Source: Azolla caroliniana (lineage: Eukaryota > Plantae > Polypodiophyta). From it: DNA of 39,252 nt. The first letter of the stretch is position 1, and the number at the start of each line of letters is the position of its first letter. Under the pieces are notes generated by a model that was given only the letters and a program-made list of their open reading frames with translations, searched no databases and was not told the DNA's origin. Position numbers and translations under genes: made by a program. The stretch is taken from positions 1 through 39,252 of the forward strand of contig JBHGNT010000288.1 in assembly GCA_043228905.1 (NCBI GenBank). The letters run 5' to 3'. Below, one piece after another: positions 1-11,704 of this stretch.

Positions 1-1620
1 ACATAGTGATACTGAATCTCTATGTGTTTGGTACGTGCATGAAATACGGGGTTCTTGGAAATGACCATGCAACTCTGATTGTCACACCTCAATACCATTG
101 TCGTCCTTATTGGAACTGCCACATCCATAAGGATTCTTCTTAGCCAAACTACCTCGCATGCCGCTATGCATGCTGCTTTGTATTCTGCCTCCGTTGAAGA
201 TAGTGCCACTGTTGGTTGTTTTTTACTACTCCATGAAACAACTCTAGAGCCTAATGAAAAACAATATCCAGAAACTGATTTTCTTGAATCAGTATCTCCA
301 GCCCAATCATAGTCGCAATACCCACTAATTTTGTCAATTGTTGGCTTGTAGAAGATTCTGTAATTTAAAGTACCCATAGTGTACTTTAATACACGCAGTG
401 CAGCTTTCCAATGAGTCTCCTTCGGTTTGTTGCCGAATCGACTCACCACATTGATTGCAAAACAGATATCCGGCCTAGTGTTGCATAGGAAAATTAAACT
501 TCCTACTAGCTGTCTATACTTCCTTATGTCAACCATTGGTGACGGGTCTTCTTGGGATAGCTTGCAGTTTGACTCCATTGGAGTCGACTTTGACTTGCTG
601 TCCATCATTCCAAAGGTCTTCAAGATCTCTGTTGCATACTTTCTTTATGACATGAAGATGGCAACCGAGGTTTGCCAAACCTCAATTCCAAGGAAGTAGT
701 GTAGAATCCCTAAGTCTGTCATTTCAAACTTAGTTTTCAAACACTCTTGTGTTTGGCCAATACACTCTTCATGGTCACTAGTAAGTACTAGATCATCCAT
801 GTAAATGATGATGATGATTTGTTTCCCGTCCTTCATTTTGACATACATACTTGCATCCGAAGCACATTGCTTAAAGTTGATTGAACGTAAGAAGTTGTCT
901 ATCCTCTTGTTCCAAGCTCTTGGTGCTTGCTTTAGACCATACAACGCCTTCTTCAGCTTGCAAACTTTGTTTTCTGAATTCGGCATCTCAAACCCTGGTG
1001 GTTGTGTCACGTATACCTCCTCCTTGAGATGCCCATTCAAAAATGCCGATTTGACATCCATTTGATAAATCGGCCATCCTCTTGAAGTAGCCAATGCTAT
1101 GACCATTCGAATTGTTGTCATGCGAGTTGTTGGGGCAAATGTTTCTTGTACATTGAACCCTTCAATTTGGGAGTATCCTTGTGCCACTAGCCTGGCCTTG
1201 AATTTCTCCAAAGAACCATCAGCTTTATACTTTACTTTCCACACCCACTTGGAGCCTATCATCTTCCTCTTTGTTGGTCTCTCTACCAACTCCCATCTAT
1301 CACTTTTCATGATGCTATCATATTCTGATATGATCACCTCTTTCCGCTTCGGGTCGGCCATGGCTTCCTCCACCGAGGTCGGCTTACTCTCTGAGCCTAT
1401 GATGTCCACCATCATAGCCATGTTGACAATGTGGTCAGAGGTTCTCCCTTGCTCCTGTATTCTTCTTGATCTTCGTAATCCATCAGTTGAAGTTTCAGGA
1501 AACTCAACTTTAGGAGTACGGTCATTCAAGAGTTGTAGAGCCCACTTAGGTATTTTCTTTACATGTGGGACTGGCATAGGCTGAACTAGCGAGCCATTAC
1601 CATCAGATGGTTCAGCTTCC
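1..1620 (-). mobile_element. Ty1/Copia pol fragment (RT + RNase H), degenerate, runs off the window start
   Basis: ORF 645..1577(-) has Copia RT motifs [42 protein letters not shown]. The reverse strand of 1..56 reads KNPVFHARTKHIEIQYHY (Copia RNase H end). Confidence 0.93.
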
Positions 1621-1652
1621 TTCTCTAGACAGTGGGTCGGGATTGGGTGGTA

Positions 1653-2100
1653 TGTTGAGAAGCAAGCTCAACAAAGCTATGTGATGCTTATTCAGAAATA
1701 AGCTATAATAGCTATTAGCTAATTAGCTAATTAGCTACTAGTGGACATAAAGGTGAAACAACTATTTAGCTATGCACAACTATTTAGCTACAGATAGCTA
1801 ATTAGCTACAGACAACTAATTAGCTACTGGGAGCTAATTATCTGCATATATAAGTCACGTTAAAAAGTAAGTCGAAAAGTAGAAGTAGTAAGTTGTAGAA
1901 GAGTGAGTAGTGCAGAGGTTAAGAACAGAAAACAGAAAACAAACAAGAGCGAGTTGAGCTCTGCGTGTAATGAAGTAGAAGCTTTTTGGACTGTGCAAAG
2001 GTAAGTCTCCTTCCCCTTCCCCTTTCTGCCTTGACCACTGAACGATCCAACACACCACGATCTGTTGTGCACACAGAAGAGCCGAATCGCCTTCGTAATA
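1653..2100 (+). repeat. 5' LTR of E2 (~448 bp), AGCTA-rich U3
   Basis: Starts TG, matches 6632..6915, has TATA-like CATATATAAG near 1845, and ends immediately before the PBS (TAATA instead of the usual ..CA). Confidence 0.85.
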
Positions 2101-2112
2101 TGGAATCAGAGC
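2101..2112 (+). promoter_or_regulatory. Primer-binding site (tRNA-iMet), one mismatch
   Basis: TGGAATCAGAGC versus canonical TGGTATCAGAGC, directly after the LTR. Confidence 0.8.
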
Positions 2113-2227
2113 AGAGTTGCTCATAAAGAGGATTAGAACAGTACAGATCTGAGGAAGGTTGTTTCTCTACTTGCTGATCTGAATCAGAGAGAGTTGTCTG
2201 TGAAGTTAACCCCAGTTGAAAGAGAAA

Positions 2228-5200
2228 ATGGCTATAGAGAATGCAAGCCAAATAGTCACAGAAAAACTGGATAAAAACAATTTCCCACCGTGGAAATTCA
2301 GAATGACAAACTTATGGGGAAAGGATACTGGGATTATATTGAAGGAGACCTAGAAGAGGCTCCAGAGATCCCAGAAGAAAATGCAACTGCTGCACAGATT
2401 AAAGCATTTAAAAAATGGAACCAAGGGGTAAGAAAGGTATTGCATTGGTTGTCCCTTAGCATCTCAGATTCGATGTTTGGACACATACAAGATGTTATAT
2501 TTCCAAAAGAAGCTTGGGACAGTTTAGTAAAACTATTTGCAGTGAATACAAAGGCAAGAAAGCTTCAATTGAAGATTGAGCTAAATACCTTGGAAAAAGG
2601 TAAGATGTCAGTAAATGAGTATGATCTGAAAATAAAGAGCATATGTGAATCACTTGCTTCTATTAATGAAGATAGAAGATGATGATAAGGTGGAAATATG
2701 CTTAAGAGGCTGAGGACCTCAATACAAGAGTTTCAAAACATCTATTCTCACAAGGGATAGTATCCCAAGTTTTCTAGATCTGGTTTTAATGCTTGTAGTA
2801 GAAGAAAGAAATCAAATGGATGATGTAAACAAAGGAAACTCAGAGATCGAGGGGCAAGCCCTCTAGAATAGTGCTGGAAGAGGTCGAGGAAGAGGCCATG
2901 GAAGATTTGGTTCAGCTAGAACCAACAATAATTATCAAGGAAAAGGACAACAAGCCATTAGTGGAAGAAACAACATTAGAGGCAGAGGGAGCAATCGAGG
3001 TAGAGGTAAGAAAACCTATTTGAATGATGATGGTTGTTGGCATTGTGGAAAACCAGGCCACACACAGGCTGAATGCTATAAAAAGCAAAATGATGAGAAA
3101 AGAGGGAAGAGACAGCAAAATAATTATGCTTCAACTAGTGAAGATTGTGATAAAGATTGTGCATTTGTGATGCAACATGAAACTGCAGCAGTGGCTGAAT
3201 GTTGACAGAGATGTAATGAAGAGTTTATGTGGTATGTAGATTCTAGGGCATCTAATCATATGACAGGACCTTAAAAACTGGTTTGAAAGTCTAAGAGAAC
3301 TAGAGGTTCCTGGTTATGTACAAATAGGTGATAATACTACTCACCAAATAGAGCATGTTGGAGATATCCCATTGTGGGAAGAAAAAGGGAAATCAAAGTA
3401 TATGTTGAATGTTATGCATGTTCCAAACCTTGCAAAAAATCTGATTTCTGTTGGACAGATAGTAGAGCAAGGAATGCAAGTGAAGTTTAAGCAAAGTGGA
3501 TGCTTCAAAGAGAAAAATGGAAAGCTCATTGCAAAAGGAAAACGAGAAGGAAGGATGTTTGTGTTAGATGTGGATATGCCTAGGAAGATTACAACCATGT
3601 TTACAGAAGGTATGAGTGTAATCTCGGAAGTGGAAATGTGGCATAAAAGAATCGGTCACATAAGTATGTAAACATTGATAAATATGTTGAGGAAAGATGT
3701 AGTGGTTGGACTGCCTAAGTTGAAAGACTGTGAGATGGGAAAAATATGTGCAACATGTCAATATGGAAAGCAAAACAGGTTGCCTTTCCCTCATGAAAGA
3801 CATGTAAGCAAACATTTGTTGGATTTGGTACATACAATGTATGGGGACCAACAAAAAATGCATCAATTAGTGGATGTAAGTTTTATGTAACTTTCATTGA
3901 TGATTGCTCAAGGAAAACATGGGTTTACTTTATGAAAGAAAAAAGTGAAGTATTTGATTGCTTTCGTAAGTTTAAATGTATGGTGGAAAAGCAGGCTCGA
4001 ACTAGAATAAAATGCCTAAGATCTGATGGAGGAGGAGAATACTTCTCAAATGAGTTTTCTGAGTTTCTATGTAATCAAGAGATAAGGAGACAGTTTATAT
4101 GTAGATATACTCCACAGCAAAATGGAGTTGCTGAGAGAAAAAACAAAACCTTGGTGAACATAGCAAGGGCATTAATGACAGAGAAAAAACAAAACCTTGG
4201 TGAACATAGCAAGGGCATTAATGACAGAGAAAAATATGCCATTGTATTACTGGGCAGAAGCTGTAAACACAACAAACTACATTCTAAATAGGTGTATAAC
4301 ATCTGGAGTATATGAGGTAACTCTTGAAGAATGTTTCTATGGAAGGAAACTTAGCTTAGGACACTTGAAAGTGTTTGGATGCCTTGCCTATGTCCATGTA
4401 CCTACTGAGGTGAGAAGTAAGCTTGATCCAAAAGTTGAAAAATGTATTTTTGTTGGATATTCAGAGGAGCAAAAAGGGTATAGATGCTATAACCCTTTGA
4501 CAAAAAAGATTGTGGTAAGTTGGGATGTAATATTTGATGAGTTGGGCAGCTGGTACAACCCAAAACAAAATGTAGAAACTGATGAAGACTATGAAAATGA
4601 AGACAGGGATAAATCTGAAAATATAAGAGATAACCACAGAGATGGAAGCCATGTTGGACAACAAAGTTCAACATCAATGGAATGTACTGGGCCATCTGGA
4701 AGCTCCGGTAGTAAATCTAAATCAAATGCATGGAGTGGAAAAAATGCAAGGCAGAAAAAATATGATGATAAAAAGGGAAACAGAAGATGCCAGCGTATGA
4801 AATGCTTGATGATGGATCTAGAAACATGGAAGATGTAGATTTAGATACATCATTGGATGATGAGCTTGGTATAGGATCCCTGAAAATCCCTGGTATGGAA
4901 AGGGCAATGAAGGATGCAAATAAAAAATTGAGAAGATCATATAGAGAGAAAAAGACTGTTGAAAGATTTGGTTATGACACATATATGGCTATGCCTTATG
5001 CATACATGTCTAAAGTGGTACAAGTCCTTGATCCAAACAGTTTTGATGAAGCAAAAGCCGAGAAAAAATGGGTGAATGCAATGCAAGAAGAAATAGATGC
5101 ATTGGCTGAAAACAGAACATGGGATTTGGTAAAGTTACAGAAAGGAAAAAATGTGGTAGGTTGCAAATGGGTCTACAAGACAAAGCATGATTCCGATGGA

Positions 5201-6613
5201 AATGTTAGTAGACATAAAGCAAGACTTCTGGCAAAAGGATATGCACAAATGCAAGGTATTGATTATGATGAAACATTTGCACCGGTTGCAAAGATGGCAA
5301 CCTTGAGAACATTACTTACTGTGAGTGCAACCAAAAGATGGGTTTTGCACCATATGGATGTAAAAAATGCTTTTTTACATGGTAACTTGGAAGAAGAAGT
5401 GTATATGTGTCAACCACCGGGTTTTGAAGATAGGAAGCATCCTGAATATGTTTGTAAGCTGAAAAAGGCTCTCTATGGACTAAAACAAGCACCGAGAGCA
5501 TGGCACAGGGAACTTTCAGAATCTCTGAAAAATTTTGCTTTCAAAATGTCGAAGGTTGATCCATCATTATATGTAAAGAAGATAAATGATTGCATTGTTG
5601 TGATCTTGATATATGTTGATGATCTAATCATTGGAGGTGATTCTATGGAAGAGATAAGTAAGTTGAAGAAAAATTTGGAAATGCAATTTCAGATGAAGGA
5701 TTTGGGAGAGCTGAGATACTTTCTTGGCATTGAGATGATAAGATTTGAGAGTGGTATATATATGTTGCAAAAATAGTATGCAACAACTATGTTGAAGAAG
5801 TATGGTATGCTTGGATGCAAACCTATTGGTATACCACTAGATAAGAACTGCAAATTGAGGGCTCATTTGGGAGCCAAAATAAAAGATGTAAACATGTATA
5901 GGTCTATGGTGGGCAGCCTCATATATTTGACCATAACAAGACCGGATTTGAGTTATGTTGTTGGATTAATCAGCCAGTTTATGCAACAGCCAACAAAGCC
6001 ACATGTGGACTGCATAAGAAGAATTCTGAGGTATGTAAAAGCTACTCAGAACTATGGACTGTTTTACAGGGCTGATCTAGACATAAAGCTAGAAGGATAT
6101 ACAGATGCTAATTTGGCTGGAAGCCAAACTGATAGAAGATCCACAAGTGGATATATGTTTACATTGGGAAGTGCAACTATTTCATGGAGTAGCAAGAAAC
6201 AAGCTACTGTTGCATTGTCAAGTACTGAAGCTGAGTATAAAGGAGCTATAATAGCTACCTATGAAGAGGTATGGATCAGAAGATTGCTTTCTGATTTGGG
6301 AGAATATATTGATGGTGTTGTCACAATTTGGTGTGACAATATGAGCATCATTCAGCTGGCAAAAAACCCAGTGTTCCAATCAAGAACAAAGCACATTGAA
6401 GTGCATTATCACTTTGTTAGAAAAAAAGTGATTGATGGAGAAGTGGATCTGTTGTATGTAAGTACAAATCAACAAGTGGTTGATATTCTTATGAAGAGAT
6501 TGAGCATGGAAAAACATACACAGTTTAGAGACATGATGGGAGTTATAACCATCGGCATGGTAGCTGAAAAGCATGAAGAAAAGAAGATTGAAGATGACCT
6601 CAAGAAAGGATAA
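2228..6613 (+). pseudogene. Copia gag-pol polyprotein, broken by frameshifts and stops
   Basis: MAIENASQIVTEKLDKNNF start, zinc knuckle CWHCGKPGHTQAEC, protease WYVDSRASNHMTG, WHKRIGH, integrase LRSDGGGEY and PQQNGVAERKN, RT YVDD, RNase H ALSSTEAEY and RTKHIEVHYH. Confidence 0.92.
4134..4234 (+). repeat. 46-bp tandem duplication inside integrase (frameshifting)
   Basis: GAGAAAAAACAAAACCTTGGTGAACATAGCAAGGGCATTAATGACA occurs at 4135 and 4181, bounded by AGAGAAAAA microhomology. Confidence 0.95.
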
Positions 6614-6631
6614 GTTGAGCTTGAGGGGGAG

Positions 6632-6915
6632 TGTTGAGAAGCAAGCTCAACAAAGCTATGTGATGCTTATTCAGAAATAAGCTATAATAGCTATTAGCTA
6701 ATTAGCTAATTAGCTACTAGTGGACATAAAGGTGAAACAACTATTTAGCTATGCACAACTATTTAGCTATTGACAGCTATTTAGTTTTAGACAGCTGATT
6801 AGCTGCATATATAAGTCACTTATAACTTAGGTAAAAAGTAAGTAGAAAAGTAGAAGTAGTAAGTTGTAGAAGAGTGAGTAGTGCAGAGGTGAAGAACAAA
6901 AAACAGAAAACAAAC
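6632..6915 (+). repeat. 3' LTR of E2, truncated
   Basis: Follows the PPT. Identical to the 5' LTR for 138 bp, then diverged. Stops at ...AAAACAAAC where RT sequence of another element begins. Confidence 0.88.
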
Positions 6916-8395
6916 GACATATGGCATTGACTACGGTGAGACTTTTGCACTTGTGGCGAAGATGAGCACTATTAGAACGCTTATTTCCTTAGCAGTGAAT
7001 AAGGATTGGAAATTACATCAATTAGATGTAAAAAATGCATTCCTTCATGGAGAGTTGATGGAGGAAGTGTACATGGATGTCCCCCCAGGTTTTGGTACAA
7101 TTCAAACAATAGGTAAGGTTTGCTGACTAAGGAAGTTGCTTTATGGATTGAAGCAATCTCCTCGAACCTGGTTCGACAAGTTAAGAAGGGCTATGGTGGG
7201 TATGGGATACGAACAGACAAATGCAGACCATATAATGTTTTTTCAACAACACAAGGAGCATACTACATTACTTGCTATGTATGTGGATGATATAATTATC
7301 ACAAGTAACTATGAAGGGGAAATTGCCCAATTGAAGGTGCAATTGGGTAAAGAGTTTGAGGTGAAGGATCTAGGATTGCTACGATACTTTCTTGGAATTG
7401 AGGTAGCTCGTGGAGCCGAAGGAGTTGTTCTATGTCAGCGATAATATGTATTAGATCTTCTCATAGAAACTGGAATGTTGGGTTGTAGGCCCGTAGCTTC
7501 TCCAATCGACCAAAAGATCAAGCTAACTGAACTTGCAGGAGAGAAAGTTGATCATGAAAGGTATCAAAGATTGGTAGGTCGGCTGATTTATTTGACTCAC
7601 ACCCGTCCAGATATTTCATTCGCAGTAAGTGTCGTAAGTCGCTACATGCATGATCCGAGGAAAGATCATATGGATGCAGTGTACCATATTTTGAGATATC
7701 TCAAAGGTGCCCCGGGGAAAGGATTAATCTTTAGAAAACATGGTCATTTTAACATTGAGGGCTATTGTGATTCTGATTGGGCTAGTTGTGCTGATGATAG
7801 GAAATCCACATTAGGATACTGCATGTTTGTTGGAGGCAATCTGGTCTCTTGGAAGAGTAAGAAACAGTCAGTAGTAGTAAGGTCAACAGAAGCAGAGTAT
7901 AGAGCTATTGCTATAGGAGTTGCAGAGATGTTATGGCTGAGAACTCTCCTAGTAGAACTAAAGGTGAATCAAGAAAATCAGATGATGTTGTGGTGTGACA
8001 ATAAGTCAGCAATCAGCATTGCCAACAATCCGGTATAGCACGATAGGACCAAGCACATCGAAATCGACAAATTCTTTATCAAGGAAAAGCTTGATAATAG
8101 AATATTAAAATTGAGTGATGTTTCTACTGAACATCAAGTAGCAAATTGTCTTACAAAGGGAATTGGGCCAGTAAGTCTTACTAGATTGTGTAACAAGATA
8201 GGCTTAGTGGATATTTTTCACCCATCTTGAGGGGGAGTGTTGAGAATGTTTAAAAGTCATAACGGCTAGTCCAACAGCTAGTTGTTTCCAATTTAGCTAG
8301 TTAGCCCAACAGCCACATCTTGGCCTTTATAAAGAGGAACTTTCTCCTCTTGTAAAAATAAGCGATCTCTATATTTTCTCCCTCTAGTTCTGACA
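6916..8395 (+). mobile_element. 3' half of a second Copia element (E3; short LTR, Ale/Retrofit-like): RT-RNase H, PPT and 158-bp 3' LTR
   Basis: [63 protein letters not shown] ends 8237; LTR TGTTGAGAA..TCTGACA 8238..8395. Lineage inferred only from LTR length and motif style. Confidence 0.88.
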
Positions 8396-9000
8396 TACCA
8401 ATGTATATTATTGAACAAATGTGCCTTCTCCTTCTTCTTTACTAAGTACATTGTAACTTGCCCACAAAATATTCTAGTTGACTTGATTAGCCAATCCTAT
8501 TACCTATTTCGCTCTTTCCTAAATACATTGTGTCCTACACATCTACGGTTTCCTAGATTAACACCTTATCAACCCATATGGTCGAGTTGCACACTAGCCA
8601 CTCCTCATTTGGGGCGCTATCACAAAATGTGCACTCTAAGAACACATATGGGGATAGATTTACAACTTCAGGCTGATCATTGATTATATCTAACATCACC
8701 ATTGTGCGCACTATGCACATGGCATCTTGAGGAGTCACTATGCACATGGTTCCAAAGTTGAGATATCTTTTCAATAGCTTTTTGAAATAAAGACCCATTC
8801 TTTGATAACAAAAGTCAATTCTTCTTAGCAAGACTGAAGAAAAACCTTCAAAAAAACAAATCTCTTTATTCTTCTACAGTTATGTATAGTTATCTCCTCT
8901 TATACATTGTAAAGCCCTTGTGCTCTGTTTCATCCAATATCTCCTTTCTCTCCACAATTACTTCCATTTCTCACATTACTACTGATAACAAATCCTTTGC

Positions 9001-11118
9001 ATGTATCCACTTTTAAGCATGGTTAGACCCATGAGCATTACTAGTACTCTCTATTGCCTTCTATTTCTGCTGTCTTCCTTTACACTACTGCGAACCTCCG
9101 ATTCTTGCATGAGAGGAGAAGCCGATGCCCTTCTCCGGTTCATGAATGCTGTGGACATAACATCTCTCGAATATTGGGGTTTAAGAAACAGCAATGGGAA
9201 CTTAAACAGCAATGGGAGCTGTTGTGATTGGGAAGGAGTGAGTTGTGATGCTGTTTCTGGACAGGTTGTGGGCATTTCTCTCTCCAGCAAAGGTCTTAAT
9301 GGGATTTTAGCTGCAGGATTAGCCGACATTCCATCTCTTCAAGTTCTCAACGTTTCGAATAATTACTTACATGGGCCTCTCCCACAAGATCTCTCAACGC
9401 TCTCATCCCTTCACACTCTTGATGTCAGTAGAAACCATTTCTCAGGCCAGCTGTCTGATGTATTAGTGAATTTGAGCTCTTTGCAATTGCTTAACCTCTC
9501 TACCAATGCCTTCAATGGTAGCTTGCCTTCTTCCTCTTCAAGGAATATGACCCATTTAAGGCTTTTTGTGTCTAGCAACAATGATTTAAGTGGAGATTTG
9601 CCATTCCACCTATGCCAGAGTGCCAAATTCCTTCAACACTTGGATCTATCCTCTAACAATTTCTCAGGAACGCTCTCAAATGATCTTGGCATCTGTCGTT
9701 CTCTCCGAGTATTGGATCTTGGTCACAACAACTTGGTGGGTAATCTACCCCGAGAACTCTACAACCTAACCTCATTAACAATGCTTCGCCTCACAAATAA
9801 CCATTTCGATGGCATGCTAGATAATGCCATTGGCAACCTAATCAATCTCTCTCATTTGATGTTGGGCTCCAACAACTTCACCGGACAACTTCCCTCGAAC
9901 CTATCCTCGTGTACAAACCTAAAGGTATTCACCGCGGACACAAACAAATTCACAAATTCATTGGACATCGTCCCATTCAATCAATTCCCGATGCTAGAGA
10001 ACCTTGATCTCAATAGCAATGCTTTTGTCGGGTCAATCCCATCCTCGTTAACGGAGTGTGCAATGCTCAAGAGCATAAACCTTGCGCACAACAAACTTTC
10101 GGGGGAGGTCCCATCATCTTTGTATCGATTGAAGAACCTAACCACACTCTTGCTATCAAGCAACAGCCTTAATGTGAGCATAAGATCACTCGATGGGAGT
10201 GAACACCTCGTGGTGGTGATCTTATCCGAGAATGTGGTCTACGAGGCACTACCCGATAAGATGCAAGGGTTCACTAATCTACAATTTTTCTCTCTCAATA
10301 ACATTGGCCTAAGGGGTTCGATTCCTGAGTGGTTGAGGATTAGTACAAAACTACAAGTGCTTGACCTTTCGTGGAACAACCTAACCGGATCAATCCCATC
10401 ATGGATAGGGTCCTTTCCACATCTTTTCTATTTGGACTTATCCAACAATGCTTTCTCCGGAAATATACCGCCCGAGCTTTTCTCGTTGCTGGCGCTTATA
10501 AATCCCGATAACAACCTTACGGGATTGCAATTGGTTGTTAACAACCTCGCCATAGAACAAGAACTTGATGCTCAAGAGCTACAATACGCGCAAGTTTCAG
10601 ATTTAGCGCCCTCGATTTACCTCTCCCACAATCACCTCCAGGGGTCCATACCTTCACAAATTGCTGCTTTTGTCATGCTTTTCGAGATGGATTTGAGTTT
10701 CAACAATTTATCAGGAAACATCCCAGAGGCAATCGGCTATATGAACGATCTAAAGAGCCTTGATTTGTCACACAACTCTCTCACTGGTTTAATACCTCCA
10801 GCATTGGCAAATCCCTGGTTTCTAAGTTATCTGAGTGTTTCGTACAATCAACTCGAAGGTCCAATACCTCTCGGAAACAAATTCTCGATATTTTCTCACA
10901 AAAGTTATGAAGGGAACTCTGGTCTATGTGGTGCCCCTTTATCCATTGCTTGTGGGAATGATGATGCCAACTCCTTTTCAGGGAGGAGCAAAAGCCCGAT
11001 TAAGGCCACTGATATTTTTGAGCCGATTGGTGTGGTCATTGGTTATGTTGCATTCATAGTGGGTTGGTTCACTTGGTATGTCACGAGAAGAAAGATGGGA
11101 GAAGATTTGACCACATAA
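9001..11118 (+). CDS. LRR receptor-like protein with PSKR/PSY1R-type ectodomain (RLP2/RLP3-like architecture), no kinase
   Basis: Uninterrupted 705-aa ORF with signal peptide, N-cap SCCDWEGVSC and about 20 plant LRRs (LxxLxLSxNxLxGxIP). Island LQYAQVSDLAPSIYLSHN resembles PSKR LQYNQ..PPTIxL. C-cap YEGNSGLCG, TM helix with GVVIG (GxxxG), 11-aa tail. The start could be 9001, 9019 or 9031. Confidence 0.92.
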   Translation: MYPLLSMVRPMSITSTLYCLLFLLSSFTLLRTSDSCMRGEADALLRFMNAVDITSLEYWGLRNSNGNLNSNGSCCDWEGVSCDAVSGQVVGISLSSKGLNGILAAGLADIPSLQVLNVSNNYLHGPLPQDLSTLSSLHTLDVSRNHFSGQLSDVLVNLSSLQLLNLSTNAFNGSLPSSSSRNMTHLRLFVSSNNDLSGDLPFHLCQSAKFLQHLDLSSNNFSGTLSNDLGICRSLRVLDLGHNNLVGNLPRELYNLTSLTMLRLTNNHFDGMLDNAIGNLINLSHLMLGSNNFTGQLPSNLSSCTNLKVFTADTNKFTNSLDIVPFNQFPMLENLDLNSNAFVGSIPSSLTECAMLKSINLAHNKLSGEVPSSLYRLKNLTTLLLSSNSLNVSIRSLDGSEHLVVVILSENVVYEALPDKMQGFTNLQFFSLNNIGLRGSIPEWLRISTKLQVLDLSWNNLTGSIPSWIGSFPHLFYLDLSNNAFSGNIPPELFSLLALINPDNNLTGLQLVVNNLAIEQELDAQELQYAQVSDLAPSIYLSHNHLQGSIPSQIAAFVMLFEMDLSFNNLSGNIPEAIGYMNDLKSLDLSHNSLTGLIPPALANPWFLSYLSVSYNQLEGPIPLGNKFSIFSHKSYEGNSGLCGAPLSIACGNDDANSFSGRSKSPIKATDIFEPIGVVIGYVAFIVGWFTWYVTRRKMGEDLTT

Positions 11119-11249
11119 AATCTCCTTTACCTTCAATAATATAATGGATTTTAAGGGGGTGGGGACACAACAAATGTCAGCCAAATTTTGGAGCTTCTCT
11201 TTTTCATGATCATAAAGGACATCCAAAGTTGGTTGCAAACCTTTTGTCG

Positions 11250-11704
11250 GTTCAATGTAACATAACTATGTTCGATGAGTGCTTCAATTTCCTTTCTTCC
11301 ATACACAAATATTGTGTTAATGTCGCTAAATTTATGTTTTATTCTTTCTTCCTCATTCTGTATTGAAGAATGATATGCTAAAATTCGTTTCTTTTGGCAT
11401 TAAATTCTAATATGTTGTTCTCATCTCATATCCATGCTATTTGTTGTCAATGTACTTGGAAAAATCAACTTAAAAGGAAGGAAATAACCTAGAACTCATC
11501 AAGAAGAGAGTGAAGAGTCTTAAAGAACCCACGATAGGAAGAGAGGAGACCAAGCATGAGGAGATGCCCGTAGCGAAGAAGGCAACAAGTTTAGAACAAT
11601 GAGCATATATGTCTCATGGTTTGAATACCCTACTTCCCTAAGAGCTTACCTATACGATGCTATCCTCATTAATCGAGTACAACAATGCACGTGTTTTCAA
11701 TTTC
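11250..11704 (+). repeat. RLP 3' flank, copy 1 of a ~450-bp dispersed duplication
   Basis: Aligns by eye with 20678..21125; shared blocks include TTTCCTTTCTTCCATACACAAATATTGTGTTA and AAGCATGAGGAGATGCCC. Confidence 0.88.

Larger units (their letters stand above)
1653..6915 (+). mobile_element. Ty1/Copia LTR retrotransposon (element E2): complete 5' LTR, decayed gag-pol, truncated 3' LTR
   Basis: Direct repeats start TGTTGAGAAGCAAGCTC at 1653 and 6632. PBS-like TGGAATCAGAGC at 2101, PPT TTGAGGGGGAG at 6621..6631, and domain order gag-PR-IN-RT-RH. Confidence 0.93.
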
